Shown here: in pieces, positions 46,199-57,307 of the stretch
Layout: each line of letters begins with the position of its first letter
Numbering within the stretch: position 1 is the first letter of the stretch
NCBI GenBank assembly: GCA_021781995.1
Contig: JAJXVT010000002.1
Location: 8,903-72,902, forward strand
DNA length: 64,000 bases
Reading direction: 5' to 3'
Origin: a bacterium
GTDB lineage: Bacteria; Chlamydiota; Chlamydiia; Chlamydiales; SM23-39
Made by a program: the position numbers and the translations under genes
The notes under the pieces: generated by a model
Seen by the model: only the letters and a program-made list of their open reading frames with translations
What the model was told of the DNA's origin: nothing
Databases searched by the model: none

Positions 46199-46942
46199 TC
46201 ACTCCAAATTCCATTTTTGTTGTAATTGCGCTAACTGTTTTTTTTTCATCATTCGTTCAATTCCTTGATTGAAGGCGCGCAATAAATTCGGATGAGTACC
46301 TTTTAAAACCACCAAATGCAGTCCCTGCTGGTTCAACGGATCAGAAACTACTTTCAAAGATTTCGAATAAAGATCACGAACATATTTCAATGCATGCAAC
46401 CGATCTAAGACACAAGCTGTAATTTCCTCTAGAACCACCGCGTTTAGCAAATCAGGTATCGATTCATAAGAGCGAATGATAACGTCAGGATTGGCTTCTA
46501 AAACCAAAACTGAATCAGATCCAGAAATAATACCAACGACTTGATTAGACAACTTTTGTAACGATAAACTCGAGCTGGTTTTGGAAGCGACTAAAACCGG
46601 ACCTGTCGTTAAATAATTATCACTAAAATCGTATCGCGCTTGATTGAATTCATAAGGGGGCAAATAGGATAAAACTGCGTCATACACATGATTGCTCATA
46701 CCCGATAAAAGGGTATCTTGATTCGCATTTATTTTTTCAAATTCTAAACCGCTATAATGTGCAATCTCCATAAGAAAATCTTCAGTATATCCATATACAT
46801 ATGGTTGCATCGCATCGAAATCTAACGGCGCCCAGCTCGCATCAATTCCAATGCGAAGCATTTTTCGCTCTTCTCGTTCGTGACATCCACCGAGAAAAAA
46901 CAACGCAAGCAAACAACAGAAAGAAAAAATTCTCATAATCAC
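46199..46942 (-). CDS. Amino-acid ABC transporter substrate-binding lipoprotein (family 3, ArtJ-like)
   Basis: Lipobox FLGGC, SBP_bac_3-like length and pattern. Confidence 0.7.
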   Translation of the reverse strand: MIMRIFSFCCLLALFFLGGCHEREERKMLRIGIDASWAPLDFDAMQPYVYGYTEDFLMEIAHYSGLEFEKINANQDTLLSGMSNHVYDAVLSYLPPYEFNQARYDFSDNYLTTGPVLVASKTSSSLSLQKLSNQVVGIISGSDSVLVLEANPDVIIRSYESIPDLLNAVVLEEITACVLDRLHALKYVRDLYSKSLKVVSDPLNQQGLHLVVLKGTHPNLLRAFNQGIERMMKKKQLAQLQQKWNLE

Positions 46943-46985
46943 AAATCCTATCCAATTTCGGGGAATTTATGATACGCTATTTTTT

Positions 46986-47960
46986 ATGAAACACGTTCTA
47001 CTAGTCAATTTTGGAGGGCCGCGACATCTAAATGAGGTTCCGGTCTTCTTACAAACTCTCCTGCGGGATCGCGAATTGATCCGAACGTGGTTTCCAACTG
47101 TTATACATAACTGGATTTTTGATCGGGTGGCTCGCAAAAGAGCGCCTAAAACTCAGAAAGATTATGCATTGATCGGCGGGCGCTCTCCCATTTATTTTGA
47201 CACAGAGATCATTGCACAACATTTAGCCCAAACCCTTGGCTGCACTGTCACGACCTTTCATAGATATCTACCCTCGACTCATGGCATATCTTTAAACCAA
47301 ATCGCGAACTCTTCATCCGAAGAAATCCTTGTATTGCCGCTTTTTCCTCAATTTTGTTACGCTACAACAGGCAGCATTGCTCGTTTTTTTTCCGATCATC
47401 TGAGTGTATCGCAGCTTTCAAAACTTCGCTGGATTCAATCCTATGCTGATCATCCAACCTTTATCTCTGCTTATCAAAAAAAAATCAGCCAATGCATAAA
47501 TCAATACAATTTAGAGGAAAACAATCTCATCCTGCTATTTTCAGCACATGGGATTCCACAAAATTTCGTGCGAAAAGGAGACCCTTATCAAACTGAATGC
47601 GAGAGTTCTTTTACGCAGATCAAACAAGCTTTTCCCAATGCATTGAGCCGTTTAAGCTATCAATCCAAATTTGGGCCCGGAGAGTGGCTGCGTCCTTACA
47701 CAGATGAATCTTGCAAGCAAATCAAAACATGGGCGCAGGGACGAAAATGTGTACTTGTAGTGCCGCTCTCATTTACATCAGACCATATTGAAACGCTATT
47801 TGAAATCGAGTACCTATATTTACCTCAGATTCGACAACAAGGACTCCAGGCGTATCGATGTGATGCTTTAAATTTAGAATTGTATTGGTTAGACGGACTT
47901 GCTGAAATTGCACAGGGTAGTTTTCTGCGACCAAATCATGCATTAATAAGAAGGGGTTAA
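46986..47960 (+). CDS. hemH: Ferrochelatase
   Basis: LLVNFGGP N-terminus, FSAHGIP, and SFTSDHIETL blocks. Confidence 0.85.
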   Translation: MKHVLLVNFGGPRHLNEVPVFLQTLLRDRELIRTWFPTVIHNWIFDRVARKRAPKTQKDYALIGGRSPIYFDTEIIAQHLAQTLGCTVTTFHRYLPSTHGISLNQIANSSSEEILVLPLFPQFCYATTGSIARFFSDHLSVSQLSKLRWIQSYADHPTFISAYQKKISQCINQYNLEENNLILLFSAHGIPQNFVRKGDPYQTECESSFTQIKQAFPNALSRLSYQSKFGPGEWLRPYTDESCKQIKTWAQGRKCVLVVPLSFTSDHIETLFEIEYLYLPQIRQQGLQAYRCDALNLELYWLDGLAEIAQGSFLRPNHALIRRG

Positions 47961-47983
47961 CAAAACCCCTTCTCAAGTTTTTT
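47949..47983. terminator. Bidirectional intrinsic terminator between hemH and ompW
   Basis: Perfect 10-bp stem AGAAGGGGTT / AACCCCTTCT (47949-47958 / 47964-47973), loop AACAA, then TTTTTT at 47978-47983. The stem includes the hemH stop codon. Confidence 0.7.
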
Positions 47984-48668
47984 ACCACTTGCGGCCAAAA
48001 CCAAAGCCGAAAATCCACGGATTGATGTCCACATGTACATGGCCATTTGTTGAGCCTGACAAATGAGCTTTTGTATCAATCCACACATATTTCACGTCGA
48101 TATTGAATAGCCAATTTTGATAGAAAAACAAATCCACCCCCCCTTGCAGAGCTGCGCCCCAAGAGTTGGATAAATTTAAATGAGTGCTCGCAAGCGAACA
48201 GTCAATTCCATAAAAATATGTATAATTCACACCCGCTCCGAGATAAGGCTGAGCAAGATATTCAGGAAAAAATCTCCAATATAAAGTTAATGTTGGAGGC
48301 AAAAGCCATGCAGAGCCGATTTTAGTGCCTTGCAGCGCTTTTTTACCCCACAAAGAATGATTGGCAGTAGCCAAAATCAAGTCGAATCCCAAATGTTTAG
48401 TAAACATGTATCCGAAATCAAATTCACCGGTCCACGCAGGATGTACTCCCACTCCAGAATGTGGGATTGTATTGACCGAACCGCTAGAATCGTTAGGAAG
48501 AATGTATAATGCACGAAGCCGCGTAAACCAATCACCGCCTTGTGTAGAGTGAGCAGGAGCAGAAGTCTCTGCAACCTGTTGTGGAGGAACAGACCTCGTT
48601 TCATCGCTAAAGCCTGGAGTCAGCGCACATAGCACTGTCAGCAGCATTACGAACATCGTTTTTTTCAT
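47982..48668 (-). CDS. ompW: OmpW-family outer membrane protein
   Basis: Signal peptide. LPPTLTLYWRF, YLGAGVNYT, SWGAALQGGVD, INPWIFGFGFG match OmpW blocks. Confidence 0.85.
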   Translation of the reverse strand: MKKTMFVMLLTVLCALTPGFSDETRSVPPQQVAETSAPAHSTQGGDWFTRLRALYILPNDSSGSVNTIPHSGVGVHPAWTGEFDFGYMFTKHLGFDLILATANHSLWGKKALQGTKIGSAWLLPPTLTLYWRFFPEYLAQPYLGAGVNYTYFYGIDCSLASTHLNLSNSWGAALQGGVDLFFYQNWLFNIDVKYVWIDTKAHLSGSTNGHVHVDINPWIFGFGFGRKW

Positions 48669-48797
48669 TTACAACCTCTTTGCACAAACTAAATTGTGCG
48701 CCCCCATGTTAGATTTTTTCAAAGCGAAAAGTCAAAAAAAAAGTGACAACCAAAAAAAAATCATATATGGTCAAATCAACCTTTCAGGAAGGCTAAT

Positions 48798-50165
48798 ATG
48801 GATCCAATCTTTCTGTCCCGTTTGCAATTTTCTTTAACCAGTATGTTTCACTATCTGTACCCACCCCTCAGCATAGGGCTAGGGCTCATGCTCGTCATTA
48901 TCGAAGGCATTTATTTAAAGACGAAAAATCCTCTATATAAAGAGATGGCTAAATTTTGGGCTGGAGTATTTTCGCTTACATTTGCCCTCGGAGTTGCAAC
49001 AGGCTTAGTGCAAGTTTTTGGATTCGGCACTAACTGGGCAGGGTATTCGCGCTATGTGGGAGATGTGTTCGGCAGCGCATTAGGAGCGGAAGGGGTCTTT
49101 GCCTTTTTCTTAGAATCAGGCTTTTTAGGAATTATGCTATTCGGCTGGAACCGCGTTAGCGCAAAAATGCATTATTTTGCCACTTGCATGGTCGCTTTAG
49201 GAGCTCACTTTAGTTCTATTTGGATCGTTGTAGCGAATTCATGGATGCAAACACCAGCCGGCAACACGGTCGTTGGCGAAGGCTCTCATGCAAAAGCAGT
49301 CATAACCGATTTTTGGCAAATGGTATTCAATCCTTCATTTCTCGACCGCATTTCCCATGTCGTTTTAGGATGCTGGCTCGCAGGTTCATTTCTAGTACTG
49401 AGCATTAGCGCATATTATTATTTACGCAAAAAACACTTGGCATTTGCAAAAGAAAGTCTACGTATTGGACTTGTTATTAGCTCAGTAATTTTAGTATTAC
49501 AACTTGCATCCGGTCATTCCTCAGCGCGAGGTGTCGCATTTCATCAACCTGAAAAACTCGCTGCCATGGAAGGCCTTTATCAAACACAAAGCAATGCTCC
49601 TTTATCTATAATTGGTTGGATAGATACAGAAACGCAAACGCTCAAGGGCCTCAAAATTCCCTCCGCCTTAAGCTATTTTATTTACGGCGAAGCGGACCGT
49701 ACAGTCACAGGTTTAGACAGTGTGCCCATCGACGAGCGTCCACCAGTACAAATTGTGTACCAATCTTTTCATATTATGATTTGGATGTGGTGCTTAATGG
49801 CGCTTACAGTATTGCTTGGATTCATTTTCTGGAAAACCGATACATTGCTGCACTCAAAATGGACTCTTCGCGTAATGATTGCTTCAGTGGCATTTCCCCA
49901 AATTGCTAACCAGGTCGGTTGGGTTACCGCTGAAGTGGGCAGACAACCCTGGATTGTCTATAAATTACTGCGTACTTCAGACGGCATCTCGCGCAATCTC
50001 GTCGGCGCAGAAGTAGCCTGGTCAATCACTATGCTCTTCTTAATCTACACTCTGCTGGCCGTACTTTTTTTCTATTTATTAGATCGCAAAATCAAACACG
50101 GTCCAGTTGCTGAAGAAGCCAAAGCGTTTGAAGCGGCTGAAGTATACCGCAAACCAACTATCTAA
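48798..50165 (+). CDS. cydA: Cytochrome bd ubiquinol oxidase subunit I
   Basis: [23 protein letters not shown]-terminus and [12 protein letters not shown] block. Confidence 0.95.
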   Translation: MDPIFLSRLQFSLTSMFHYLYPPLSIGLGLMLVIIEGIYLKTKNPLYKEMAKFWAGVFSLTFALGVATGLVQVFGFGTNWAGYSRYVGDVFGSALGAEGVFAFFLESGFLGIMLFGWNRVSAKMHYFATCMVALGAHFSSIWIVVANSWMQTPAGNTVVGEGSHAKAVITDFWQMVFNPSFLDRISHVVLGCWLAGSFLVLSISAYYYLRKKHLAFAKESLRIGLVISSVILVLQLASGHSSARGVAFHQPEKLAAMEGLYQTQSNAPLSIIGWIDTETQTLKGLKIPSALSYFIYGEADRTVTGLDSVPIDERPPVQIVYQSFHIMIWMWCLMALTVLLGFIFWKTDTLLHSKWTLRVMIASVAFPQIANQVGWVTAEVGRQPWIVYKLLRTSDGISRNLVGAEVAWSITMLFLIYTLLAVLFFYLLDRKIKHGPVAEEAKAFEAAEVYRKPTI

Positions 50166-50177
50166 GAGGAGCTCTCC

Positions 50178-51206
50178 ATGTCTGCACTTACGCTCGATGT
50201 CCTATGGTATCTCATTCTCATCGTGGCCCTAGGATTTTACGTCGTACTCGACGGTTTTGATTTAGGAGTGGGTTCTATACATCTTTTAGCACGAAATGAT
50301 CGGGAACGCCGAATTTTGCTCAATTCCATCGGACCCGTCTGGGACGGCAACGAAGTGTGGTTAGTCATCGTCGGCGGAGCATTATTTGCAGGTTTTCCAG
50401 ACGCCTTTGCGACCATTTTTTCTTCCTTTTATGTATTTGCAATGCTCTTGGTCTTTGGGCTCATTTTTCGCGCGGTATCTATAGAATTTCGCAGCAAAGT
50501 GGCATCGGAGCGTTGGAGACGCAATTGGGACGTTGCCTTTAGTGCAGCGAGCATTTTAATCGCGTTTGGAACAGGTCTTGTTTTAGGCAATCTAATTCAG
50601 GGAATCGCGCTAGATGCAAATCAAGATTTCACAGGATCGTTTCTCGATTTCATTCGCCCATATCCCATCTTATTTGGAATCACAACCGTTATTCTATTTT
50701 CCATGCACGGTGCAATATACCTCGCCATGAAAACAGAAGGAGAACTATTTGAGCGGACCCATCATTGGGCAAACAATGCCATCAAAGCATTTATCGCATG
50801 TTATATAGCCCTAACTGCAGCAACTTTTTACTTTGCTCCTTATATGATGGAACGACTGGTGGCATTCCCTATATTATTTGCATTCCCAGCCGCAGCTTTA
50901 GCGCTGATGTACAATATTCCAAAACAACTGGCAAAACACAATGCGGGTTGGGCTTTTCTTTCTTCATGCGGCAGCATTTTAGGATTTTTATCGTTGTTTC
51001 CCATTGGTACATTCCCCACATTAGTCCGTTCCAGCATTCAACCCGAAAATTACAGCTTAACAATCTCCAATGCTGCATCATCGGAGTTAACGCTAAAAAT
51101 ACTATTGGTCATTGTACTGATCGGCGTACCGTTAGTACTCGCCTATGGCGGTTACATTTACCGAGTTTTTCGAGGCAAAGTACAACTCGACGACCATAGC
51201 TATTAA
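50178..51206 (+). CDS. cydB: Cytochrome bd ubiquinol oxidase subunit II
   Basis: DGFDLGVG and WDGNEVWL motifs. Follows cydA. Confidence 0.9.
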   Translation: MSALTLDVLWYLILIVALGFYVVLDGFDLGVGSIHLLARNDRERRILLNSIGPVWDGNEVWLVIVGGALFAGFPDAFATIFSSFYVFAMLLVFGLIFRAVSIEFRSKVASERWRRNWDVAFSAASILIAFGTGLVLGNLIQGIALDANQDFTGSFLDFIRPYPILFGITTVILFSMHGAIYLAMKTEGELFERTHHWANNAIKAFIACYIALTAATFYFAPYMMERLVAFPILFAFPAAALALMYNIPKQLAKHNAGWAFLSSCGSILGFLSLFPIGTFPTLVRSSIQPENYSLTISNAASSELTLKILLVIVLIGVPLVLAYGGYIYRVFRGKVQLDDHSY

Positions 51207-51232
51207 AGGTCATTCGTAGTATGCTATTTTGC

Positions 51233-52582
51233 ATGGAAACGTTAAAAATCCGAGGCGGGAAGCCGCTTCAAGGCCAGATCCGCGCAAGCGGCGCAAAAAA
51301 TGCAATGACTAAACTGCTTGTTGCGTCGCTTCTTTCCGACAAAAAATGTACGTTTTATAATGTGCCTAATATTGGAGACGTTGAAATCACCGTAAATCTC
51401 TGCCGAGAAATTGGCAGTGATGTTCAGTGGGATCGCAAAGCGCGTGTTTTAGAGATTGTTACTCCCGAACTTAAAACATCTTATGTTCCGCAGCGTTATA
51501 GCGGCTCCAACCGAATTCCCATTTTAATGATTGGCGCTTTGTTGGGCAGAACAGATCAAGACATCATTGTACCAACTATTGGCGGAGATCTAATAGGAAC
51601 TCGTCCCGTAGATCTGCACATTGCAGCTCTACAACGGCTTGGTGCGCGTATCGAATATAGAGAAATGAAAAAGGAAGGGGCATATTTTGCTCAAGCACAC
51701 CAAGGCCTGCACGGAGCAGTGATCACGTTAAATTACCCTTCAGTCGGAGCCACTGAAAATACCATTCTCGCAGCCGTTCGCGCCAAGGGAACAACGCTCA
51801 TTAAAAATGCTGCAATCGAACCTGAAATCATAGACCTGATTCTTTTTTTGCAAAAATTAGGCGCTCATATTACCGTCGAAGCAGATAGAACAATTGCCAT
51901 TCAACAAGCAACGCAATTTCACGAAGTGGAACATACAGTGCTTACCGATCGCAATGAAGTAGCCTCTTATGCCATGGCGGCTATTGCGACAAAAGGACGG
52001 GTATTTATCGAAGGGGCAGAACACCTTCACATGATCGCCTTCCTCAATAAGTTACGCGAAATTGGCGGCAATTTTCAAGTGCGCCCAACCGGAATCGAAT
52101 TTTTTTATGAACAACCCCTGCGCGGAGGGCTACATTTAGAAACAGATGTACACCCGGGATTTATGACAGATTGGCAGCAGCCCTTTGTCGTTTTACTCAC
52201 GCAAGCCGACGGGACCTCTATCATTCATGAAACCGTTTACGAAAATCGGTTTGGGTATACAAAAACATTGAAAGAAATGGGCGCAGATATTTCGTTATTC
52301 ACTCAATGTCTTGGCGGAAAATCTTGCAGGTTCGCTTCACAAGGCCACCATCATAGCCTCGTTGTCAAAGGGCCCTCCCCATTGAAGGCAAAAGAGATCT
52401 CTATTCCTGATTTACGTGCGGGATTTGCTTACGTCATGGCAGCTTTACTAGCCACAGAAGAAAGCACCATCGGAAATGTCGACTACTTAGATCGCGGATA
52501 CGAAGATTTAGTTGATAAATTGGTAGCTTTAGGCGCCGATATCACACGCCATTCCCCCTTCCTAACCGCATCTAGCCATTGA
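51233..52582 (+). CDS. murA: UDP-N-acetylglucosamine 1-carboxyvinyltransferase (Asp in place of active-site Cys)
   Basis: METLKIRGGKPLQGQIRASGAKNA N-terminus. IGGDLIGTRPVDLH (Asp codon 51587-51589). ATG 51221 is also possible. Confidence 0.9.
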   Translation: METLKIRGGKPLQGQIRASGAKNAMTKLLVASLLSDKKCTFYNVPNIGDVEITVNLCREIGSDVQWDRKARVLEIVTPELKTSYVPQRYSGSNRIPILMIGALLGRTDQDIIVPTIGGDLIGTRPVDLHIAALQRLGARIEYREMKKEGAYFAQAHQGLHGAVITLNYPSVGATENTILAAVRAKGTTLIKNAAIEPEIIDLILFLQKLGAHITVEADRTIAIQQATQFHEVEHTVLTDRNEVASYAMAAIATKGRVFIEGAEHLHMIAFLNKLREIGGNFQVRPTGIEFFYEQPLRGGLHLETDVHPGFMTDWQQPFVVLLTQADGTSIIHETVYENRFGYTKTLKEMGADISLFTQCLGGKSCRFASQGHHHSLVVKGPSPLKAKEISIPDLRAGFAYVMAALLATEESTIGNVDYLDRGYEDLVDKLVALGADITRHSPFLTASSH

Positions 52583-52616
52583 CACTCAAAAAACGAAAAA
52601 GTAAAATGTTCCCACT

Positions 52617-53600
52617 ATGCCCCCAAAATGGCGATTAATTCAGAAAGAAAACTTTACATCCATTCATGCTCTGCTCGATTATCTCAATTTTTCTGAAGAA
52701 AATCGCAAACTAGTGCACGACCATCCCCCCTTCGTCCTGAATTTACCAAGACGCCTTGCAGCAAAAATAGCCAAAAACACTCCTGAAGACCCCCTGTTTC
52801 GACAGTTTATTCCATTATTAGATGAGACAATTATCAAACCCGGCTTCATACCTGATGCTCTACAAGAAACTACCTTTTTGGAAGGAAAGAAATTATTTCA
52901 CAAGTACCACAATAGAGCATTACTTCTTGTTACAGGCGCTTGTGCAATGCACTGCCGCTACTGTTTTCGTCAACATTTTGCTTACGACACACAAACACTA
53001 GGATACGACGCTGAATTAAGCTATGTAAAACAAAATCCATCTATCTCGGAGTTGATCTTGAGTGGCGGAGATCCCCTGTCGTTAAGCAATGAATCGCTGA
53101 AAAATTTACTCCTCTCCATTTCACAAATCCCGCACATTCTTCGCATTCGCTTTCATACCCGCTTTCCTTTGGGAATCCCCGAACGCATAGATAATGAATT
53201 TTTGGAAATTCTAGCTACAATCCCTCAGCAACTCTTTGTGGTAATTCATTGCAATCATCCAAAAGAACTAGACATCGACGTCAAGCAAGCTTTAAAAAAA
53301 ATTATGCTGCTAGGAATTGTTGTGCTCAATCAATCTGTTCTTTTAAAAGGTGTCAACGACTGCGAAGAAACCTTTCTTCAACTCAACGAAGAATTAGCCA
53401 ATGCAGGCATCATTCCATATTACCTACATTTACTCGACCCAGTTGAAAGAACTTCTCACTTTGAAGTATCTGAAAAAAGAGGTCATGAGCTCATTCAATA
53501 TGCACAAGAACATACCTCGGGGTTTGCCGTCCCGAAACTAGTTCGTGAAATTCCGGGAACTCCCTCTAAAACGCTGTTACATCCGGTCAACTGTCTCTAA
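52617..53600 (+). CDS. epmB: Lysine 2,3-aminomutase family radical-SAM protein (EpmB/KamA-like)
   Basis: CAMHCRYCFR (CxxxCxxC), SGGDPL, KamA-type length. Confidence 0.8.
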   Translation: MPPKWRLIQKENFTSIHALLDYLNFSEENRKLVHDHPPFVLNLPRRLAAKIAKNTPEDPLFRQFIPLLDETIIKPGFIPDALQETTFLEGKKLFHKYHNRALLLVTGACAMHCRYCFRQHFAYDTQTLGYDAELSYVKQNPSISELILSGGDPLSLSNESLKNLLLSISQIPHILRIRFHTRFPLGIPERIDNEFLEILATIPQQLFVVIHCNHPKELDIDVKQALKKIMLLGIVVLNQSVLLKGVNDCEETFLQLNEELANAGIIPYYLHLLDPVERTSHFEVSEKRGHELIQYAQEHTSGFAVPKLVREIPGTPSKTLLHPVNCL

Positions 53601-55328
53601 ACCGAGAATGTTCAATCCTTTTTTCAAAACTTTCGCAGTAAGTTCGCACAGAATCAAACGGCTGTTTTCTTCTGCAGATCCCTCAACACGGCAATCCCGG
53701 AAAAACGCATTGAATTTTTCAGCCAAATGATAAAGGTATTCAGCTAAACGGTTAGGCAACAAATCTTCAGCCACGCTTTGCAATACCTCGCCAAAACGAC
53801 GCAGATGAACACCTAAAGAGATCTCGCTAGGATGAGCCAAGCACATCACCTCTGAGCGCATCAATTCAGCAATATCAGCGCCTACTTTGCGTTTAATCCC
53901 ATTGATACGAACATAAGCATAAAGTAAAAAAACCGCAGTATTGCCTTCAAATCGAAGCATTCTCTCATAGCTGAACGTGTAATCTTTAGTCCTATGGGAG
54001 GAAAGATCTGAATATTTTACAGCGCCGATGCCGATTACTTTTGCCAAGTGATCGATCTCATGACGAGATGCCTCCGGCATCCTTTCTACAATCATATTGC
54101 GCGCTTGATCTACTGCTTCCGTCAATAGATCAATCAATTTTTCTGTCTCTCCAGAACGCGTTTTAAACTTCTTGCCATCCGTACCTAGCACTAAACCAAA
54201 CCCAACATGATCTACCCGAGTGCGTTTAAGATCTAACCACCCTGCCTTTTCTCCTGCTGCAAAAATCATTTGAAAATGCAAGCTTTGCCCCACATCTGTA
54301 ACGATTACAATGCGGTCCGCTCGATCGGTAAAGATCCGATATTTCAATGCGGCCATATCCGTAGTGTCATAATTATAACCACCATCGGATTTTTGGATCA
54401 TTAGAGGCAAAGGCTCTCCCTCTCGGTTTTTAAATCCATCCAAAAAGACACACTTAGCGCCTTCAGAAATAGTTACCAAACCTTTTTGGTCCAACTCATC
54501 GACAATACTTTTCAATTGTGGATTGTAAAAAGATTCCCCGCGCTCCTCAATATGCACATTGAGTAGCTGATAAATCTCCTGAAATCCCGTGCGTGAAATA
54601 TCGCAAATCATTTTCCACGCATGAAGCGACTGTGGCTTTCCAGATTGCAGAGCTACCACTTCTGATTGCGCTGTTTTTTTAAAGTCTGGATCAGCATCAA
54701 ACGTTTTTTTTGCAGCTTTATACCAGATCAGCAGCTGTTGCGGATCAGTTGCAATGGCTCCATTTAGCACGTCAGACGCGTGAATTTTCATATACGCAAT
54801 CAACATGCCAAACTGGGTTCCCCAATCTCCAATGTGATTCAATCTCAGTACATCTTGACCCAAAAACTCAAATAATCTAGCCAAGCAGTCGCCGATGATT
54901 GTCGAGCGAATATGCCCAACGTGCAATTCTTTTGCGACATTCGGGGATGAAAACTCAACAATGATCTTTTCGCGTTTTTTCGGAATCGCCGCGCCAAGAA
55001 ACTCATCCAATAGCATCGTTTGCAATTGTTTTGAGAGAGCCTCAGCCGCAAACGTAAAATTGACAAAACCAGGTCCCGCAATCGAGATATTAGAAAACGT
55101 TTTTTTGTCTTCCAGTCCAATCGCATCAATGATTTTTTGCGCAACCGCCCTAGGTGGCAATTTCAACAATCTAGCCAGTCTCAAAGCGCTATTGCACTGA
55201 TAATGGCCGAACTGTTCTTGTTCGCATTGAGTTACATCGGCTAGAGTCTCAGTAGACGACAGTTCCGTAAAAGCGCTTGAAATTGCATGCGTAAGAACAC
55301 GTTGTAAAAAATTATGTGCAGTTTCCAT
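53577..55328 (-). CDS. argS: Arginine-tRNA ligase
   Basis: SSPNVAKELHVGHIRS (HIGH) and a class I ArgRS C-terminal anticodon-binding domain ending ...GLETVDRM. Confidence 0.95.
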   Translation of the reverse strand: METAHNFLQRVLTHAISSAFTELSSTETLADVTQCEQEQFGHYQCNSALRLARLLKLPPRAVAQKIIDAIGLEDKKTFSNISIAGPGFVNFTFAAEALSKQLQTMLLDEFLGAAIPKKREKIIVEFSSPNVAKELHVGHIRSTIIGDCLARLFEFLGQDVLRLNHIGDWGTQFGMLIAYMKIHASDVLNGAIATDPQQLLIWYKAAKKTFDADPDFKKTAQSEVVALQSGKPQSLHAWKMICDISRTGFQEIYQLLNVHIEERGESFYNPQLKSIVDELDQKGLVTISEGAKCVFLDGFKNREGEPLPLMIQKSDGGYNYDTTDMAALKYRIFTDRADRIVIVTDVGQSLHFQMIFAAGEKAGWLDLKRTRVDHVGFGLVLGTDGKKFKTRSGETEKLIDLLTEAVDQARNMIVERMPEASRHEIDHLAKVIGIGAVKYSDLSSHRTKDYTFSYERMLRFEGNTAVFLLYAYVRINGIKRKVGADIAELMRSEVMCLAHPSEISLGVHLRRFGEVLQSVAEDLLPNRLAEYLYHLAEKFNAFFRDCRVEGSAEENSRLILCELTAKVLKKGLNILGLETVDRM

Positions 55329-56464
55329 TATTCTTCAATGATGTGGTGAAATGTCGGTGGCATAACCCGTTTGCCAACGCCATATCTTATTCTATAATTT
55401 GCCAATGCTACAGCAGCATCGTGGGTAGATTCACCTGTTCGATCTGAAATAGTATAAACCGATGTTAGCGTGTTGTAAATCCGGTTTACATGATTGCGCG
55501 ATAACGCTGGGTTATACCCTTCTTCCTCTAGTTCTGCTGCCACGTTTAACAACCCACCAGCATTAATGACAAAATCTGGCGCGTAAAGAATTCCGCGCGA
55601 TCTCAAAACATCTGCATGAGAGTCATCTAACAATTGATTATTTGCGCAACCCGCTACAGCTTTACATCTCAATTTGGCAACGGTATCATTATTGAGTACC
55701 GCTCCCATAGCGCATGGAGCTAAAATATCGCACTCGGCCTGCAAAATTTCAGATGCAGATGCAATTCGAACTCGAAATTGAGACGCCAATTTCTGAGCTT
55801 TTATCATATCTAGATCAGCGACAATCACATTGGCGCCGGCCCAAAATAAATTCGAAACCAAATGCGTGCCGACATTACCCAAGCCTTGCACAGCCACTGT
55901 ACGACCTTCTAACGAATCAGTGCCGAATAAATGCTTAGCAGTAGCGCAAATGCCGCGATATGTCCCCCAAGCTGTAAATGGGCCGGGATCTCCGCTGCTT
56001 TTAGCATTCGGCAGTCCGACTACGTATCGCGTCGCCTTTCGCACAATTTTGACATCTTCAACACAGCAGCCAACATCTTCTGCGCAAATATACTGCCCCT
56101 GCAATTGCTCGACAGCCGCGCCAAATGCTAACAACAGCTGCGCGGTTTTATTTTTTTTAGGATCGGCAATAATCACACTCTTGCCACCTCCAAATCCAAC
56201 TCCGGCAACAGCTGATTTATAAGTCATGCCTTTTGCTAAGCGAAGCACATCTTTCAATGCCGCATCAAACGTAGCATAAGGATAAATTCGAATCCCTCCA
56301 AGAGCCGGGCCCAATGCTGTATTATGAATCGCAATAATGGCAGTTAAACCCGCTTGCGAGTCGACAACTTTCAGCACCTGTTCATATCCCTCTATATTCA
56401 AAGAGACAATTTCTAGACTGTGTTTTGCGCTGACAACTTTTTTCTCTAAAACCTGGCTTTTCAT
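55328..56464 (-). CDS. Leucine (Glu/Leu/Phe/Val family) dehydrogenase
   Basis: GLTAIIAIHNTALGPALGGIRIYPY, GFGGGKSVI, GLGNVG. Start at ATG 56464 (MKSQ) preferred over 56518. Confidence 0.85.
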   Translation of the reverse strand: MKSQVLEKKVVSAKHSLEIVSLNIEGYEQVLKVVDSQAGLTAIIAIHNTALGPALGGIRIYPYATFDAALKDVLRLAKGMTYKSAVAGVGFGGGKSVIIADPKKNKTAQLLLAFGAAVEQLQGQYICAEDVGCCVEDVKIVRKATRYVVGLPNAKSSGDPGPFTAWGTYRGICATAKHLFGTDSLEGRTVAVQGLGNVGTHLVSNLFWAGANVIVADLDMIKAQKLASQFRVRIASASEILQAECDILAPCAMGAVLNNDTVAKLRCKAVAGCANNQLLDDSHADVLRSRGILYAPDFVINAGGLLNVAAELEEEGYNPALSRNHVNRIYNTLTSVYTISDRTGESTHDAAVALANYRIRYGVGKRVMPPTFHHIIEE

Positions 56465-56581
56465 AACGCGGCCCCTTGTTTTTTGAGGCACTATATCAGG
56501 GCATATTGGAAAATGCAATAGGCTTGCCCGATAATCGGTTTTCGTATAAAGTTAACTCCTAAAATTGAGAACGGGTCCATT

Positions 56582-57307
56582 ATGACAACTGCCCTTACAA
56601 TCAGCAATGAGCAAAAAAATGAATTGCTCAAGTTTTTAAAGAAAAACAAGAGCGCCGATCTTGTTACGGTCTATCTCGCTTTCATCGAAGAAAAGAACCG
56701 CCTGAAACCAGTTCTCTTTCCAAGAGATAAAACGATTTTCCAAAACGTAGATGACGTAATCCATCAATTAGAATCTCAACATAAGTTATGGAGAGAAACC
56801 GAGATCATCGTCCAGTTCGGACAGCAAAACGTCAATGAACAAACCAAGAAAATTTATATTTGTCCTTTTTCAGGCAAAGTATTTGGCGACAACACTCATC
56901 CAAATCCCCAAGATGCCATTTACGATTGGGTGGCCAAATGCCCAGAAAACAAAGAACGAATTGGAGGCTTGCCAGTCAAGCGATTCTTTGTTTCTGAAGA
57001 TCCGGATGTAATTAAAAATTACATGACTGAACGAAAAGCGTCGATGAAAAAAGTCGTATATTCTTCAGTTATTACTGGTAAACTGTTCAATAGCAAACAA
57101 GCAGTTATCGACGATTTTAAAAAAAATCATTTAAAATCTCTGACGTTATTAGAAGTTCAAAACCAAAACCGATTTAACATCGAAGAGAAATTCCTATCAT
57201 TTATTCAGAGACACCTCACCGAAGATAAAATTGCGCAATTTGTTGAAGCTCTTTCTGAGTTTCCGGAATTCGCCCCCTATTTGGAAAAATGGGTCGACAG
57301 CGAATAG
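56582..57307 (+). CDS. Conserved hypothetical protein, 241 aa
   Basis: Long ORF overlapping tsaE by 19 nt. No recognisable motif. Confidence 0.55.
   Translation: MTTALTISNEQKNELLKFLKKNKSADLVTVYLAFIEEKNRLKPVLFPRDKTIFQNVDDVIHQLESQHKLWRETEIIVQFGQQNVNEQTKKIYICPFSGKVFGDNTHPNPQDAIYDWVAKCPENKERIGGLPVKRFFVSEDPDVIKNYMTERKASMKKVVYSSVITGKLFNSKQAVIDDFKKNHLKSLTLLEVQNQNRFNIEEKFLSFIQRHLTEDKIAQFVEALSEFPEFAPYLEKWVDSE

Noticed and set aside
55328-56518. N-terminal 18-codon extension of the leucine dehydrogenase ORF; similar track starts at 35560, 40090, 22036, 26808, 57705 and 8712
   Set aside because: Homology to the family begins at the downstream ATG. Those ATGs have better SD spacing or ATGA coupling, so I used the shorter starts.
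56476-56540. Possible extra degenerate copy of the interspersed repeat (TTGTTTTTTGAGGCAC...GAAAATGCAAT)
   Set aside because: It matches only the short TTTTGAGGCA and TGCAAT pieces. That is too weak to separate from chance.
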